DNA of 64,000 nt, taken from positions 5,396,001 through 5,460,000 of the forward strand of contig NC_087250.1 in NCBI RefSeq assembly GCF_037042905.1, written 5' to 3'. Made by a program: the position numbers and the translations under genes. The DNA is from Lytechinus pictus (taxonomy: Eukaryota). A model generated the notes under the pieces. It saw only the letters and a list, made by a program, of their open reading frames with translations. It was not told the DNA's origin and did not search any database. Of the stretch, positions 62,801 through 64,000 are shown one piece after another. Each line of letters opens with the position of its first letter. The stretch's first letter is position 1.

Positions 62801-64000
62801 TGGGGTGGCAGCGATGGGATCTACCCTGCCATTGCCTGTTTATGATGGCATTTGCTAAAACTAGCAGTCAGTCGGTCGGCCAAAACTAGTCGTGATAGGT
62901 AATCTTTCCTCATTTGTCGGTCTTGGCTCGTACCTCTCGCAGTAGCTGTAGTCCCATGTATAGCCTCAGCTATGGCTTTACCCCCACAGAGGTTGCACCC
63001 TCAACCTCGCCCCCAGTGCCAGGCCCCAACCCGCGGCCGCCGTCACGTAGATTTCTTTAATCACTATAACTTACACATTAATACAAATCAGAAGAATGAA
63101 AGAGTGACTGAGAATGCGAATGAATGTAACAGTCTTGATTATGATGATTTTGATGATAATGCTGAGAAGTTAAATGATGGTAATTGTAGAGAAAAGATCT
63201 CAGAGTCAGAGTTTGAGTTAGTTGAGTTTGAAAATCATAATGAGTTTGAGTTTGATTACAATCACAATGAGTCTGAGTTTGATTACAATCACAATGAGTC
63301 TGAGTTTGATGATGAGCCCATATGGGACAATCCTATTCTTAACAATCATCCTCCCTCAGTTAAGGTTTTACATACACAACAGTAGGCCAAATGTTAGTCT
63401 AGGTCCTATAGATCTAGTAGATCTAGATAGTTGCCCTTTATGTTTAGGAGCTAAGCGCCCAAGTCACCACCACATCGGTGACTGTGAATACCTCCCTCAA
63501 CATGAGAATAATATCATTGCGCAAGCTCGGCAAGCAGCAAGTATACTAGGATACACTAGAAAACTCGCAGTGAATGATTGTTACGAAAAGTATAATTGTG
63601 AGTCTGACAATTTGTCAGATTGTGACAGTGATTTAGATTATGATAGTGATTTTGACAATTTGTCCAATATTGACTGTGACGACGTTCCTGGTAGTGCTCT
63701 AACCGCAGATCCAGATATTTTTGGAATCAGTCGTCAGTCACATGTTCATTGTGATAGTCCTCTTGGTTGCCTTGTCGACACGTCGAAGTCAGACGAGTCG
63801 CCTCTAGTTCTTGAAGTTGCTCTCGGTGGTACTAATGAAGTTGATTCATCGAAGACCGATGGATTACACGAAGGATACCAGTATTTGCCACATTGTCCAG
63901 TGGCTGACTCATCCGTGGGGCCTAAGCAGGCCAAGATACTTCCATTTATTGACCTGTATCATGGTCAGCAGTGTGTCCGGGTCACCTTAGTCAGTGGGTC
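62801..64000 (+). mobile_element. Probable start of a second decayed Gypsy-like internal region (PBS, acidic low-complexity stretch, protease-like remnant); runs off the window end
   Basis: GTGGCAGCGATGGGAT matches a tRNA-Leu PBS (TGGTGGCAGCGGTGGGAT). The last ~70 bp translate LPFIDLYHGQQCVRVTLVSG, resembling a TLDSG aspartic protease site. Confidence 0.45.

Overview
Eukaryotic, AT-rich animal DNA. The repeat content looks like an invertebrate deuterostome, probably a sea urchin, but this is inference only. I found no host protein-coding gene; the window is a deeply nested pile of transposable elements. Main parts: (1) an ~11.3 kb decayed PIF/Harbinger transposon (1159-12449) with transposase and Myb/SANT partner exons that the ORF track misses, sitting in a LINE 3' end inside a palindromic satellite-like array; (2) a 5'-truncated Rex/Babar-type LINE and a near-intact single-ORF PHD-endonuclease-RT LINE; (3) four TIR elements with TA(G/A)...(C/T)TA termini and exact 9-bp target duplications, three of which retain a decayed RecQ-helicase N-terminus, matching the helicase-encoding AcademH lineage; (4) a 3.4 kb fold-back Academ-type element with a 3-bp TSD; (5) a Gypsy pol gene broken up by hAT, Helentron-like, MULE-like and EnSpm-like insertions; (6) many MITEs, hairpins and tandem arrays. 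Coordinates were read by eye. Ends defined by a TIR or TSD should be close to exact; the others are approximate.
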